This document shows, piece after piece, positions 48,343 through 59,006 of a stretch of DNA of 64,000 bases (position 1 is its first letter; each line of letters starts with the position of its first letter). Under the pieces are notes generated by a model. That model was given only the letters and a program-made list of their open reading frames with translations, was not told the DNA's origin and ran no database searches. Made by a program: the position numbers and the translations under genes. The stretch is from contig JADFRQ010000013.1 in the NCBI GenBank assembly GCA_022561215.1, positions 653 through 64,652 on the forward strand. Reading direction: 5' to 3'. The stretch is from Chloroflexota bacterium (GTDB lineage Bacteria; Chloroflexota; Anaerolineae; Anaerolineales; E44-bin32).

Positions 48343-49867
48343 TACGAAACCGAGGCGCGCAGGATCTTAGAAGCGAGAAGTTGGGGTCGGTGGGGTGAAT
48401 TTCCTGATAGTTTTCTGCCTATTTGTCAGTGTGGAACACCAATATGCGAAGCCCGCGCGGTCAAGATTATTTTAGGTGTACTACTGCTCCTCGTCGAGGA
48501 ACCGAGGTGGGGAGGATGCGAGTGGATGCAGGCAACCGGAATCCTCAGTCACATACTTCTACCGGCTAGATTCTGATCGACTGGCTCCAAGACCGTCGTT
48601 GAAATGGTGTTCAGGATAGGCATTAACAACATGGGGGACCGGCTCCAGGCATAGCCCGATCAATTCATCTGGCGAAAAGCTCCATGACTTAAGGTAATGA
48701 AAACAAATGGAATGGTCCCACCTGTGCTATCCGATGGGGGGGATGATCTCCGCCGGTGGCGTTTGATCGTAGACTTCCTTGCTGATCTGGTAGGCTTGCT
48801 CTTCCAAATCCAAGGTCTCGGCACGGAGCTCGGCCGGGACCTGCCGGTCGAGGTGGGCGAACTCCAGATCCTCTTTGGCATCATCCGCACCTCTCCATCT
48901 GACTCGCATATTGCCCACGCCCGGCGCGTAATATTTGATCTGGAACAGCTTGGGTTCCGACAGACTGAACTCCCAGATCACTAAACGTCCTCATAGCAAT
49001 CGACGGGGCCGCATAACTGCTGGATCATCCTAATCATCTGTCCGCGGCCCGTTTAGTTCACAACTGGCTTCCATCCTTGAGAGTAACTGGGCAGCTCTGG
49101 ATTCGCCTTCATGACGATCCCTGCTCTTGCCCCCATGAGGTCTGTGATCCAGGCAGGGCCTCAACGAACTTTCCGAGATCCTATACTTCGGGGTACTTCC
49201 TCCTCCACCGAACTTCCTTTCGTTAAATGTGTCAGTTGCCGGTTATTCTAGGAATCAGATGATCGTTGATAAGGTAGGTGGGGATCCATTTGGATGGAAT
49301 ATGCCAGGTCCGAGGGCCTGCTCAATACCAGGAGTTGATCCACAGGGATGATTGCACGCCTAGTTTGATAGGCCCGGCTCATTTCACTGGATCCCGCGCC
49401 TACTCCTGAGTTGGGCTTCCTGATCGATCCGCCAAAACCCCCTTTTACCAATTATGATTAACTTTTTACAATCTAAATGATGATACAAACTCATCCTATT
49501 CAATGATAAAGAAGATGCAGGAAATCGATCAAATGCCTGCATGAGAGGATAAGAGGAACCATTGCAGCACAAATATTGTGTGCACTTCTCTTCCTATAAA
49601 TATTTTTAATAGTTCCGTCCCGATAAAAAGTAAACCAGCTCATCATGTTTCTAGACCTATGCGTGCTCGAAAGAGTACATTCCACACAGCAACAAGCGCG
49701 AAGGATAGCTCGCGGCCAATTCGATCAAGGTCATTTCGGTAGGATGCCGTTGAAAGTACATGTGTCTACTCTCCATAAAAAGTCTCATCGAGTGAACCAG
49801 GTTGAGAGTAGATCCGGAAACAGCTAAGGAAATGGTTGTGGAGATTCGTTAATCACTAGGATAAACA

Positions 49868-50572
49868 ATGGACTCGAACCCGCGCGTTAATCTTGTTGAA
49901 CGCTTCTTCTCCGGTACAGGTACTACTTACGATCGAATAGCCACCTTATTTACAGGCGGGATTGACAAATTGTGGAAGCGCAGGATACTCGACCAGCTAC
50001 CATCCCATCCCAAGCTTGTGGTTGATCTGGCCTCTGGCACTGGGATCGTCACCTTCGCTATCGCTCGCCGCTATCCCGACGCCAAGGTGATCGGCGTTGA
50101 ACTACGCTCTGAATATATGGAAATTGCACGCGTGCGTGTCTTACGTGAGAAAATCGATAACGTCGAATTCATATTGAGCCGTGCGGAGGATGTCCAACTT
50201 CAATACCCAGCGGATGCCATCACCTCCTCGTACCTGGCAAAGTATGTCAACTGGGATCACTTGGCCAGAAACATGTACAAAATGCTTGAACCCGGAGGAA
50301 CGGTCGTGATTCACGAATTTACGTATCCCGCCTCTCCTGTTATCCGTTGGGCATGGGAATTTTATCTGTTTCTGTTGCGCGTCATTGGCAGTCGCCTATT
50401 CCCGCAATGGCGTACGATTTTCCACGAACTGCCGGGACTAATCCGTCGCACAGCCTGGGTTGAAGATGCGCTCACTGCGCTGAAAACGGAAGGTTTTGTC
50501 GATATTCACTTCGAGAGTTTGACAGTTGGCGCGGCTGGCATAATCACAGCAAGGAAGGCCAGCGCAGCCTGA
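49868..50572 (+). CDS. class I SAM-dependent methyltransferase (UbiE/COQ5-like)
   Basis: The YDRIATLFTGGIDKLWKRR N-terminal region and motif I VVDLASGTG are UbiE/MenG-like. Confidence 0.75.
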   Translation: MDSNPRVNLVERFFSGTGTTYDRIATLFTGGIDKLWKRRILDQLPSHPKLVVDLASGTGIVTFAIARRYPDAKVIGVELRSEYMEIARVRVLREKIDNVEFILSRAEDVQLQYPADAITSSYLAKYVNWDHLARNMYKMLEPGGTVVIHEFTYPASPVIRWAWEFYLFLLRVIGSRLFPQWRTIFHELPGLIRRTAWVEDALTALKTEGFVDIHFESLTVGAAGIITARKASAA

Positions 50573-51266
50573 GCAGCAGGAGGCTCACCCCCAGTAAGAT
50601 GACCCCCAAACTGATACTCTTCAATATGCGCTCATAAACCATTGCTCTTTGTTCATCGCTCTGGCTCTTTTCCACAGAACGTTTGATGGCCTTATATGGC
50701 CTGGAAGCCGTGATCTCCACGAGACTAAAAAGACCAGTCGCCAGGGCCATTGGTAGCAGAATCAGGGAGAAGCGATTGGTTTGCAGTACATAACCAGCAA
50801 ACAACGGCAGCACGCCCCAGGAGAACGCAAACCAGCCATCGCTATGAAAGCGACCATTGAACCATTCCAGGTTATAAGCAAACAAGAAGAAGAACTCCAG
50901 CAGCCCTATCGGCCAGAGTAGTGGCGCGAAGTTGACTGCATAAAATATTCCCATCGCAGTAACTGGAATTAAACTAATGATCGCAAGTGCCCACAATTGC
51001 GCCGGTTGAAAATGTACTCCCCAGGGCTTGATCGCATGGCTACCCAGAGCATCGAGAGCGTGGGCAGCAATCCCTAACGCCAGAAAGTGGATTGCGATCA
51101 ATCCGCCAGCTAGTCCCTTATCAAAATTATTGGCAAGCGCTGCGCCAATCACCGTGTACGCCAGCACCATCCCGGTGTATGGAAGAAACAACAGGCCAAT
51201 GAAAACGCGAAATTTCAATGGACCAAATGAGGGAACAAACCACTCTTGGCGGCGATCCGCGCTCAA
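50544..51266 (-). CDS. hypothetical multi-pass membrane protein
   Basis: 240 aa with about 7 TM helices. Convergent with, and overlapping by 29 nt, the methyltransferase gene. Confidence 0.55.
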   Translation of the reverse strand: MSADRRQEWFVPSFGPLKFRVFIGLLFLPYTGMVLAYTVIGAALANNFDKGLAGGLIAIHFLALGIAAHALDALGSHAIKPWGVHFQPAQLWALAIISLIPVTAMGIFYAVNFAPLLWPIGLLEFFFLFAYNLEWFNGRFHSDGWFAFSWGVLPLFAGYVLQTNRFSLILLPMALATGLFSLVEITASRPYKAIKRSVEKSQSDEQRAMVYERILKSISLGVILLGVSLLLLRLRWPSLL

Positions 51267-51548
51267 TTTTGCCTCCTCCTTTTCAGCTTTCCACCGATTG
51301 CACCGCTGGCAGAGCCGCGAAGACTATTAAGGGCTTCGTTCGAAAGCATTGCCCATAATCACCACTTGGTCTGCGGCATCCGCCAACCGATTTCGCTGCT
51401 GACTCCTTTGTTATATCTCTTTTATTGGACAAAGGCATCAGATAACGATTCTGATTTCAAGGTTTCAAAAATTTCAAAGGACCCATGGATCAAGAATTCA
51501 GAAACTTGTTGTGGGCTAGGTGAGTGAATTTAAGTCATCTCCAAGAGA

Positions 51549-51577
51549 TTGACTAGGCTATTGGTCTAGTCTATAAT
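51549..51577 (+). promoter_or_regulatory. sigma-70-type promoter with embedded palindromic operator for the TA operon
   Basis: TTGACT, a 17-nt spacer, then TATAAT. The spacer and the -35 region contain the inverted repeat GACTAG-N8-(T)CTAGTC. It lies 34 nt upstream of the antitoxin start. Confidence 0.6.
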
Positions 51578-51610
51578 TACGATTGAGTCCTTTTCATTGG
51601 AAGGTGCCGG

Positions 51611-51847
51611 ATGGTGAAGATCATTAATATCTATGAGGCCAAGACACATTTCTCCAAACTCATTGCACGTGTGATGAGCGGGGAGGAAGTGGTGATTGGG
51701 AAGGCGGGGAGGCCGATTGCGCGTCTGATCCCATATGAAAAGATACCCGCACGTCGAGAGCCTGGTAGCGGTATTAAGAGTATTGTCGTTTCTCCAGATT
51801 TTGACGCAGCGCTTCCAGATGAAATCCTCGAGGAATTCGAGAAGTGA
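51611..51847 (+). CDS. type II antitoxin, Phd/YefM family
   Basis: The 78-aa sequence IINIYEAKTHFSKLIARVMSGEEVVIGKAGRPIARLIP is typical of Phd/YefM. Its stop overlaps the toxin start (GTGA). Confidence 0.85.
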   Translation: MVKIINIYEAKTHFSKLIARVMSGEEVVIGKAGRPIARLIPYEKIPARREPGSGIKSIVVSPDFDAALPDEILEEFEK

Positions 51848-52230
51848 GAGCATTGTTGGACACACACACGTTCCTGTGGTGGATCACAGACAGCCCCGAG
51901 CTCTCCCAAAGTGCACGTAATGCCATCGGAGACTCAACGAACGAACTTTATTTGAGTGCAGCAAGCGGATGGGAGATTGCGATAAAAACCAAGCTAGGCA
52001 GATTAGGGATTGCGGGTGACCCGGAAAAGCTGATCCCGGAACAGATGGCCCTCAATGCCATTGATGGGCTGCCAGTCCAGATGAGCCATGCGTTACACGT
52101 CTTTCAGCTTCCGGACCTACATCGAGATCCATTCGATCGAATCCTGATCGCTCAATGCCAGGTAGAAGAGATCCCCATCATCACCAGAGATCCAGCGATC
52201 TCACAATACGACGTGGAGATCATTTGGTGA
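51844..52230 (+). CDS. vapC: type II toxin, PIN-domain ribonuclease (VapC family)
   Basis: The LLDTHTFLWW N-terminus and DPFDRILIAQ motif contain the PIN acidic residues. 4-nt overlap with the antitoxin. Confidence 0.85.
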   Translation: MRALLDTHTFLWWITDSPELSQSARNAIGDSTNELYLSAASGWEIAIKTKLGRLGIAGDPEKLIPEQMALNAIDGLPVQMSHALHVFQLPDLHRDPFDRILIAQCQVEEIPIITRDPAISQYDVEIIW

Positions 52231-52755
52231 GGGGGACCTCGTTATGACTGGCCTAATTATTTACCCCCTAGGCGTTAATGCAACTAAATGTAAGTTATGT
52301 TTGATTAACAGGGGTAAATAGGGGTCGGGGAGCGGGAACCAGGGATTAGGAGCCTGAGATCAGGTATCAGTGGCTGGTAACCAATGACCGGCTAACCGTT
52401 ACAAATTACCTGACCAAGTACACGGCTTCTTTACTCTTGATCTGCGGATCGCATTTTTCACATCGCCAATTCGCTCTTCTTCGATCCACAATAAAAAAGA
52501 TGAGTCTTAGACTATGGAAGAATCTGACTGTTCGATGTGATTCTGACGGCGCTGGCTTACGATTTTCATCGTGCGACAAAACCGTATCTTACGCAGCAAA
52601 AAATGGAGACACCGCAATGCCTGCTTGAGATGCAGCCGATTTCGGCATGACCTTCACCATTATCCAAAACGTCACACCCCTAAAGTAATCACCAGCAATC
52701 ATATAGCTAAACATAGAACACATGTTCGATTAATTATCCATCCTCAGCTCGACGT

Positions 52756-55700
52756 TTACTCAGGTACCGAATGAGGCTTGATGAATGTCTCCTCGATTCG
52801 CGCTATCCCCAAGGCATCGTGCCACCACCCCTGAACCCACGGCTTCACCAGAGAGACGTAATCCCCCATGCCATAGCTCAGCGGGATAACCAAGACCTCT
52901 TCATCCACAAGGAGCCGGTCCACCCGTCGATAGATTTCTAAGCGCTTCAAGCGATCCTGGGATCGCAGAGCTTCGTCAAGTAGTTCGTTGACGGATGACA
53001 TTCCAGCCCATCCGGTTGTGGAGAGAAAATCGTTGATGTTGCTTGTGCGTAGAAAGTTATCCGGATCTGGATAATCTGCATGCCATTGGGCGGCATAAAC
53101 GTGAGTCGTTAAGGGGTCGAGATCTTGGTCTGTGTCAACCAGCTCCAGGACTTCGGTGTCAATCCCAAGGCTTTCTTGCCAAAGTCGCAGCAGCCCTCGG
53201 AATGGATCTAGCCAGTAGGCTGCAAAAGATAGCTTTGGAAGACCCTTACCATCATGGAATCCCGCTCTCCTTAGGTTCTCGGTGGCTTTCGACAGATTGT
53301 ATTGGAATCCAATTTCCGGCGAATGCCCCGGCATTCCTATTGGAATGATTCCACCCCGGAGCCCTTGTGCACCCCCACTATTTTCAGGCTTGGCGAAGAG
53401 TAACCCGCGCTGCACGGAGTGCGCCAAGGCTCTTCGGACGCGAATATCATCCAGGGGAGGTAGTAGCGGATTAAGCACCAGAAAGCGAGTGCTGTAGTTT
53501 ACTAGCGGGCGTTGTATTTCATCAGACACAACGCCTTCGGCCAGGTCTCCCGCGGGGATTAGCCGTATGGCATCCGCTTTGCCTTGAGCGTATGTGCGCA
53601 TGGAGCTAATGTGATTGTCGACTCGCTGCCACACCTGCCGCACCACATTTCCTGTGAAATCGCCGAAATATTTGCGATTGCGAACAAACTCTATACGATC
53701 AGAATCTGATTTTGTGACCAGGAAGGGTCCATTGGATACGATGTGCTCAGGATCCGACCAGGCGTCTCCATATTTCTTGACCCTATGCCGGGGGACTGGA
53801 AACGTTATGGAGTGCGCTACCAAGAAAACAAAGAATGGCACCGGCACAGAAAGCCGCACCTCGAGGGTGAACTCGTCTAATACCCGCACTCCTACACTTT
53901 CTGGATCCGAGGTAGTGCCTTCTCGATACTCGCGAGCGCCATCGATTACATCGAGTATCGGGGCTGCAGTTCCTTGCGTCTCAGGAGCGAGATTTCGTAC
54001 CCAGGAGAACCTGAAATCGTCGGCTGTCACCCGTTTTCCATCGCTCCAGAAGACATCATCCCTGATATGGAAGACATAGCGCAAACCTCCTTCCAGCACC
54101 TCCCATGATCTGGCTACATAAGGAACGACATTCATCGCCGCGTCCAATTGGGTCAAGCCAGCAAAACTGGTATGAGCCACTTGGGCATCATATAGATCGA
54201 CTGCTTTCCCAGGATCAAGTTCGTAGTTGAAAAGCTCGTCAAAAACGAGCATGTGGAAAACGATGGCATCTCGACGGTCGGTCTCCTCAGGCGTCGGCCC
54301 GCCCCCGTCAGCGGTCCGAAGTTGTTGTCGGAGATCGAAGGCGGCCTCGTGAGCTTTATGAGCCGCATCGAAGTCAAAGTCTTTTAAATGCACCAGGCTG
54401 ATCTTCAGCCAAGTTTTTGCTTCCCCCTCAACATCGCCTGTCTCTGAATGCAGTTTCAGCGCACGCGCGTAGTAAGCCAGCGCCTCTGCTTGCGCGTCTT
54501 CAAGTCGGGCTTTGTCGCCGGATTGAATCAAATACTTGATTGCTTTGTCGTTGACCTCCGCCGCTTCAAAATGATGGGCAAGCAGTCCGAAGAACTCCTC
54601 CCGGCGGTCGGCGAACAATCTTTCAATCGCCTCGCCAACTTTAAGGTGGAAGGCTTTGCGCCGCTCGAGGAGCAGTGAGTGATAGGCCGCCTCGTGCGTG
54701 AGCGCGTGTTTGAAGGTGTATTCCAGTTCCGGCCAGCGTGCTTTCTCGCGCACAAGATCGACACGCTGCAGCCGGGAGAGATGTGCCTCCAACTGCAGTT
54801 CCGCCTCCGCGATTGCGTCCAAGAGGCGGTAGAGAAAGTTCTTTCCGATTACGGAGGCCAACTGCAGGGTGTCGCGCACATCTTCCTCCAGCCGATCGAT
54901 GCGTGCGAGAAGCACGCCCTGCAGCGTGTCGGGAATAATGACGTCCTGGATTGCTTCGGTCACATGCCAGGTATCATCCTGCAAGCGAATGGCCTCATTG
55001 TCGATCAAATGACGGATAATCTCCTCGGGATAGAAGGGGTTGCCTTCCGCGCGCCTCAAAATCAGTTCATGGAATGCAGTGGGAAATTCGGCCACCTCCA
55101 AAAGCTGCTCCACTAAATCATCGGACTCCTCTGCTGTCAGGCGAGTGAGAGAAATTTCCTTGAAGCGATGACCATAGTCGGTCTCGGCTTTCAGCTTTGT
55201 CCCCCAGGAGGCATGATCGCGTTCGACCCGTGTGACCAGCAGAAGCATCAACGGCGCACGATCCGTAATCGCAAAAAGTCGCTCCAATGCAGCGAGGCTG
55301 GAAGGATCGGCCCAATGCAAATCCTCAAACACTAGCACTGTGGGCGTATCTGCGGCAGCGCGGGCGAAATAATCCCCGAGGGTAATGATCATCTGCCGTT
55401 TCAGTGTTTCGCCGTCGAGGACCTGGATTTTATGTTCATCCTCCACGTCTTGTTTCACCCCGAGTAAGTGTGCGAGGTAGGGAAAAACTTCGGCGGTTTC
55501 ATCAGCAAACAACTCGTTTACGCGCTTGCGCAGAGCAGCCTTGATCCGTGCCTCCGGTTCGCCTTCGGAGAGACCCAAATCCGCAAGCAGGAGCTGGGTG
55601 ATTGCCCAACAAGAAAGCCCTGCACCGTAGGAGAGTGACCTGCCTTCAAGCCAACGTAGTTTTCCCCCTGCTCTGGTCCTGATCTCCTCCAGCAGGCGGC

Positions 55701-56646
55701 TTTTCCCGATCCCCGCTTCCCCTGTGACGACGAGGATCTGGCCGTGCCCGTCAAGAAGAGCATTTAGGGAGCCTTCAAATATCTGCAATTCATCGTTTCG
55801 GCCGACAAACGCCGAGGAAATGCCCTCGCCTTGCGCCCCGGTGTGGCGCGCAGCACTTCAAAGACGGGAAGCGGATCGCTTTTGCCTTTAACTTCGATCA
55901 AGCCCAGGTCCTGCAGCTCGAATTCGGTCTCGGCCAGGCGCGCGGTGGTCTCCGAAAGCAAAATTCTGCCCGGACGGGCCGCGGATTGCAGGCGTGCAGC
56001 GAGGTTCACCGCATCTCCAAATGCGAGGTACTCGAGATGCATATCGCTGCCGATGTCGCCAAGCACAACCGTGCCGGTGTTGACCCCGATGCGCATCTGA
56101 AAGGTCTCGACAAGCCCTTTTAACTCACGTTCGTACTCGCGCATGGCGGCCTGAATCGCCAAGGCGGCGTGGATCGCGCGCACGGGATCATCCTCGTGGG
56201 TAAGCGGTGCACCGAAGAAGGCCAATACCCCATCGCCCAGCAGTTGCGCGATGGTGCCTTCGTAGCGGTAAATGGCGTCGCCGATGCGCGCCGGAAACAA
56301 CCTCCTTCCATTCCTCCGGGTCCAATCCTTCTGCCATCGCAGTGGATCCGACAATATCGGCGAAGAGGATGGTGACCGGCTTACGCTGCCCCTGAATTTC
56401 ATCGCGCGCCTCACGCACCCGGCTTTGTAATTTCTCGGGAACGGCCTCGCGCAAGGTCTCGAGCCGGATTTCATCGAGCGAATGCAATTCGGCTTCCAAG
56501 TTGGTCCCGCATTTCATGCAGAATTTCGCTTCAGGGGCGTTCAGTGTGCCGCAATTGGCGCATTGATGCAAAAGCGGCTGCCCGCATTGCTGGCAAAATT
56601 GAGCTTCAATTGGGTTATCAAAATTGCAATGGGAGCAAGTTTGCAT
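52756..56646 (-). pseudogene. zinc-ribbon, class III cyclase, AAA/STAND ATPase, TPR and family-5 solute-binding-protein domain fusion, split by 2 frameshifts
   Basis: ORF 56188-56646 carries double CxxC ribbons plus ILFADIVGSTAMAE. ORF 55764-56474 carries the cyclase core GDGVLAFFGAP, GVNTGTVVLGDIG, FGDAVNLAARL. ORF 52756-55788 carries Walker A VVTGEAGIGKSRL, TPR-like helices, and a C-terminal SBP_bac_5-like region of about 500 aa (VARSWEVLEGGLRYVFHIRDDVFWSDGKRVTADDFRFSW). Confidence 0.75.
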
Positions 56647-56728
56647 GGCAATTCCGTTGGTGGCTGCTTAATACTACATCATCGAGCGAAAGTTTGGATA
56701 TTTTCAAATCGGGGGGTTCCCTAAGCAT

Positions 56729-56832
56729 GTCATCCTGCGCAGAAACCCTTCAGCAACTGAAGGGCAGGATCATCGTTTTCCACTAGGACAGCATTTCACC
56801 TGCGGACAACGAGATCATTTTCTCAAGAGGAC
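56729..56832. repeat. nested-palindrome MITE-like element (family A), diverged copy
   Basis: Termini GTCATCCTG...TCAAGAGGAC. Inner repeat GGATCATCGTTTTCC...GACAACGAGATCATTTTC. Confidence 0.65.
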
Positions 56833-56846
56833 ATGGGGTTTAAGGA

Positions 56847-56877
56847 GGTGCATTGCACTTCCAAAGTGCGTTGCACC
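56847..56877. repeat. short hairpin repeats, family E (GGTGCA-TGCACC type), two adjacent units
   Basis: GGTGCATTGCACTT-ccaa-AGTGCGTTGCACC. Related units occur at 18164, 19956, 58880 and 63741. Confidence 0.6.
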
Positions 56878-56996
56878 TTATGATCTCTGCCGGGGTCGCG
56901 CATAAGCCCATCGATCCATGGGGCTCTCACAAAAGGGTATATCGGAATCTAACATTGTGACTTCTTAAAGATGCCTGGCAATTTTCAGGGTGTACA

Positions 56997-57014
56997 GGCA
57001 ACCGGCCGGTTGCC
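56997..57014. repeat. short hairpin repeat, family D
   Basis: GGCAACCGGCCGGTTGCC. Compared with 14061-14078 (TGCAACCGGCCGGTTGCA), the outer base pair differs in a compensatory way. Confidence 0.6.
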
Positions 57015-57123
57015 CATGCGATTGAAGTATGGACGAACCGAAATGTATTTGATTACTTTTTAGGCCGCCCCTACAAGGAATTTATGTGGGTGGGAAGACC
57101 ATTCATTTCATCAAATCCCACTC

Positions 57124-57147
57124 GTAAGGGCGACTGGCCAGTCGCCC
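57124..57147. repeat. short hairpin repeat, family C
   Basis: GTAAGGGCGACTGGCCAGTCGCCC, near-identical to 12215-12237. Confidence 0.7.
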
Positions 57148-57194
57148 TAAACGTGTGAGCTGACTTCAAGATTCAAGAATATCATTTTCCGAAT

Positions 57195-57255
57195 GTCAGG
57201 AGACCACCTTTTTGGAAACGAGATCCTTCGGCAAAATATATCGCCCCAGGATGAC
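57195..57255. repeat. family A element, partial (right half)
   Basis: GGAAACGAGATCCTTCGG...CCAGGATGAC(AT). Confidence 0.6.
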
Positions 57256-57278
57256 ATTGGTTGGAACCCTCGCTAAAT

Positions 57279-57393
57279 GACATTCTGAACACCGTAGGGG
57301 TGAAGAATCTCGTTTTCCACCAGTCAGACCTGTTAACCTGCGGCAAACGAGATTCTTCGTCAACCACTCTGCGCATTGCATCCTCAGAATGAC
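57279..57393. repeat. nested-palindrome MITE-like element (family A), complete copy
   Basis: Termini GACATTCTGA...TCAGAATGAC. Inner repeat GAAGAATCTCGTTTTCC...GCAAACGAGATTCTTCG. Confidence 0.75.
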
Positions 57394-57532
57394 ATGGCCA
57401 TCCTGGAAACCTTGGCATCGCAAGCACGCAATTTATGCATCGCCCTAATCAAGAAGAGTACAATCATCAGGTTATTAACGGCCAAAAATGATCCGTTAAT
57501 GTTTGAACCAAGCAATCTAACCCCGAGGATCC

Positions 57533-58759
57533 ATGTCACCCACCACGCTCTACCTCACGCTTAGCTTCCTGGCCGACTTCATCTTTACGATGATTTTCAC
57601 CGTCAGCCAAATTTATTACGTCATCAACGTGGGGATGAGTCCGCTGCAATTGGTGCTGGCCGGAACGATCTTAGAAACTTCGATCTTCCTCTTTGAGGTC
57701 CCTACGGGTGTTATCGCCGATCTAAAAAGCCGGCGCCTTTCGATCATCATCGGCTACTTCATTATGGGTTTCGGATTTCTAATGGAAGGCGCGCTGCCCT
57801 TCTTCTGGAGTGTGGCTTTGGCGCAAGTGCTTTGGGGGCTGGGATACACCTTCACCAGCGGTGCCACAGAAGCCTGGATTGCGGATGAAATTGGCAGCAG
57901 CAATGCAGGCGATACGTACCTCCGATCCTCACAATGGGGAAATGCCGGTGCGCTGGTAGCGATCCCGCTCGCTGTGCTGCTGGGGAATATACAAGTCAAT
58001 CTTCCCATCCTGATCGGCGGGGCGGCGTTGATCGGCCTTGGCGCGTTGCTCGTGCTCTCGATGAAGGAGACCGGGTTTACGCCTGCTCCGGCCGGGAATC
58101 GCTCCACCTGGAAACAAATGGCCAACACCATCGCCCAAGCGCGTGATCTCGTGCGCCGCCAGCCTGTCCTGCTTGGGCTTTTGGGAATCGCCTTTTTCTC
58201 AGGACTCTATAGCGAGGGCCTCGACCGTCTCTGGACCCCGCATCTGATCGAGAACTTCGAATTTCCATTGGCAGGGACTTTGACAATCGTGACCTGGTTC
58301 GGGGTTATCCGCGCCGTGGGGTTGCTGCTGAGCATTCTGGGAACATGGATAGTTCGTCAGCGTGTGGACCTCCAGCTGGCGCACAGGATCGGGAACTTAT
58401 CGCGTTTCGCCAGCCTGGGTATCATCCTCGGCCTCTTGAGTTTTGGGCTGACGACCGTATTCTGGCTGGCACTGATTTTCTATTGGCTGATCACGATGTT
58501 GCGCAGCATCCGCGCTCCGCTGCATACAACCTGGGTGAATCTCAATGTCGATGATCCACAGGTGCGGGCGACGCTGCTTTCGGTTAACAGCCAAACCGAT
58601 GCAATTGGCCAGATTGCCGGCGGCCCGGTCATCGGCCTGGTCGGCAATGTTTCGATCCGTGCAGCCCTGGCGGCTTCCGCCCTGCTGCTCACCCCGGTCA
58701 TCGCGCTCTACACGCGCGCCTTACGAGGCGAACATGGGCGAGGCGAGGGTTCCCATTAA
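57533..58759 (+). CDS. MFS transporter
   Basis: 408 aa with about 12 TM helices. The GVIADLKSRR loop motif between TM2 and TM3 is typical of MFS. Confidence 0.8.
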   Translation: MSPTTLYLTLSFLADFIFTMIFTVSQIYYVINVGMSPLQLVLAGTILETSIFLFEVPTGVIADLKSRRLSIIIGYFIMGFGFLMEGALPFFWSVALAQVLWGLGYTFTSGATEAWIADEIGSSNAGDTYLRSSQWGNAGALVAIPLAVLLGNIQVNLPILIGGAALIGLGALLVLSMKETGFTPAPAGNRSTWKQMANTIAQARDLVRRQPVLLGLLGIAFFSGLYSEGLDRLWTPHLIENFEFPLAGTLTIVTWFGVIRAVGLLLSILGTWIVRQRVDLQLAHRIGNLSRFASLGIILGLLSFGLTTVFWLALIFYWLITMLRSIRAPLHTTWVNLNVDDPQVRATLLSVNSQTDAIGQIAGGPVIGLVGNVSIRAALAASALLLTPVIALYTRALRGEHGRGEGSH

Positions 58760-58760
58760 T

Positions 58761-58806
58761 GTCATCCTGATCCCAATTCATTAAGTATTGGAAACCTGAC
58801 CTACGA
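58761..58806. repeat. solo family A terminus plus half of a family B hairpin
   Basis: TTAAT-GTCATCCTGA lies immediately after the MFS stop. GGAAACCTGACCTAC follows at 58791-58805. Confidence 0.55.
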
Positions 58807-59006
58807 TCGCGAGAAATACATCTGGTCTATCCGAGTTGGGCCTTTCTTGATGGGAGTGAAGACCCACCGCCAGGTTTTTAGGTGCAACGCACTTTTTATG
58901 TGTACTTCATGCATAAATGCCTTGCTTGGGTTCCAAACCTTCGGTGGGCTAAGAAACGAGTGTAACCACTAGTAAGACATCTACCTCAAGACCGATCCCC
59001 TTTAAT

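Noticed and set aside
49562-49609. A 15-codon sORF (TTG start, MQHKYCVHFSSYKYF) directly after an AAGAGGAAC RBS-like sequence; a possible leader peptide or RiPP precursor.
   Set aside because: The only support is the RBS-like 12-mer shared with position 230. There are no adjacent modification or transport genes, and conservation is not testable here.
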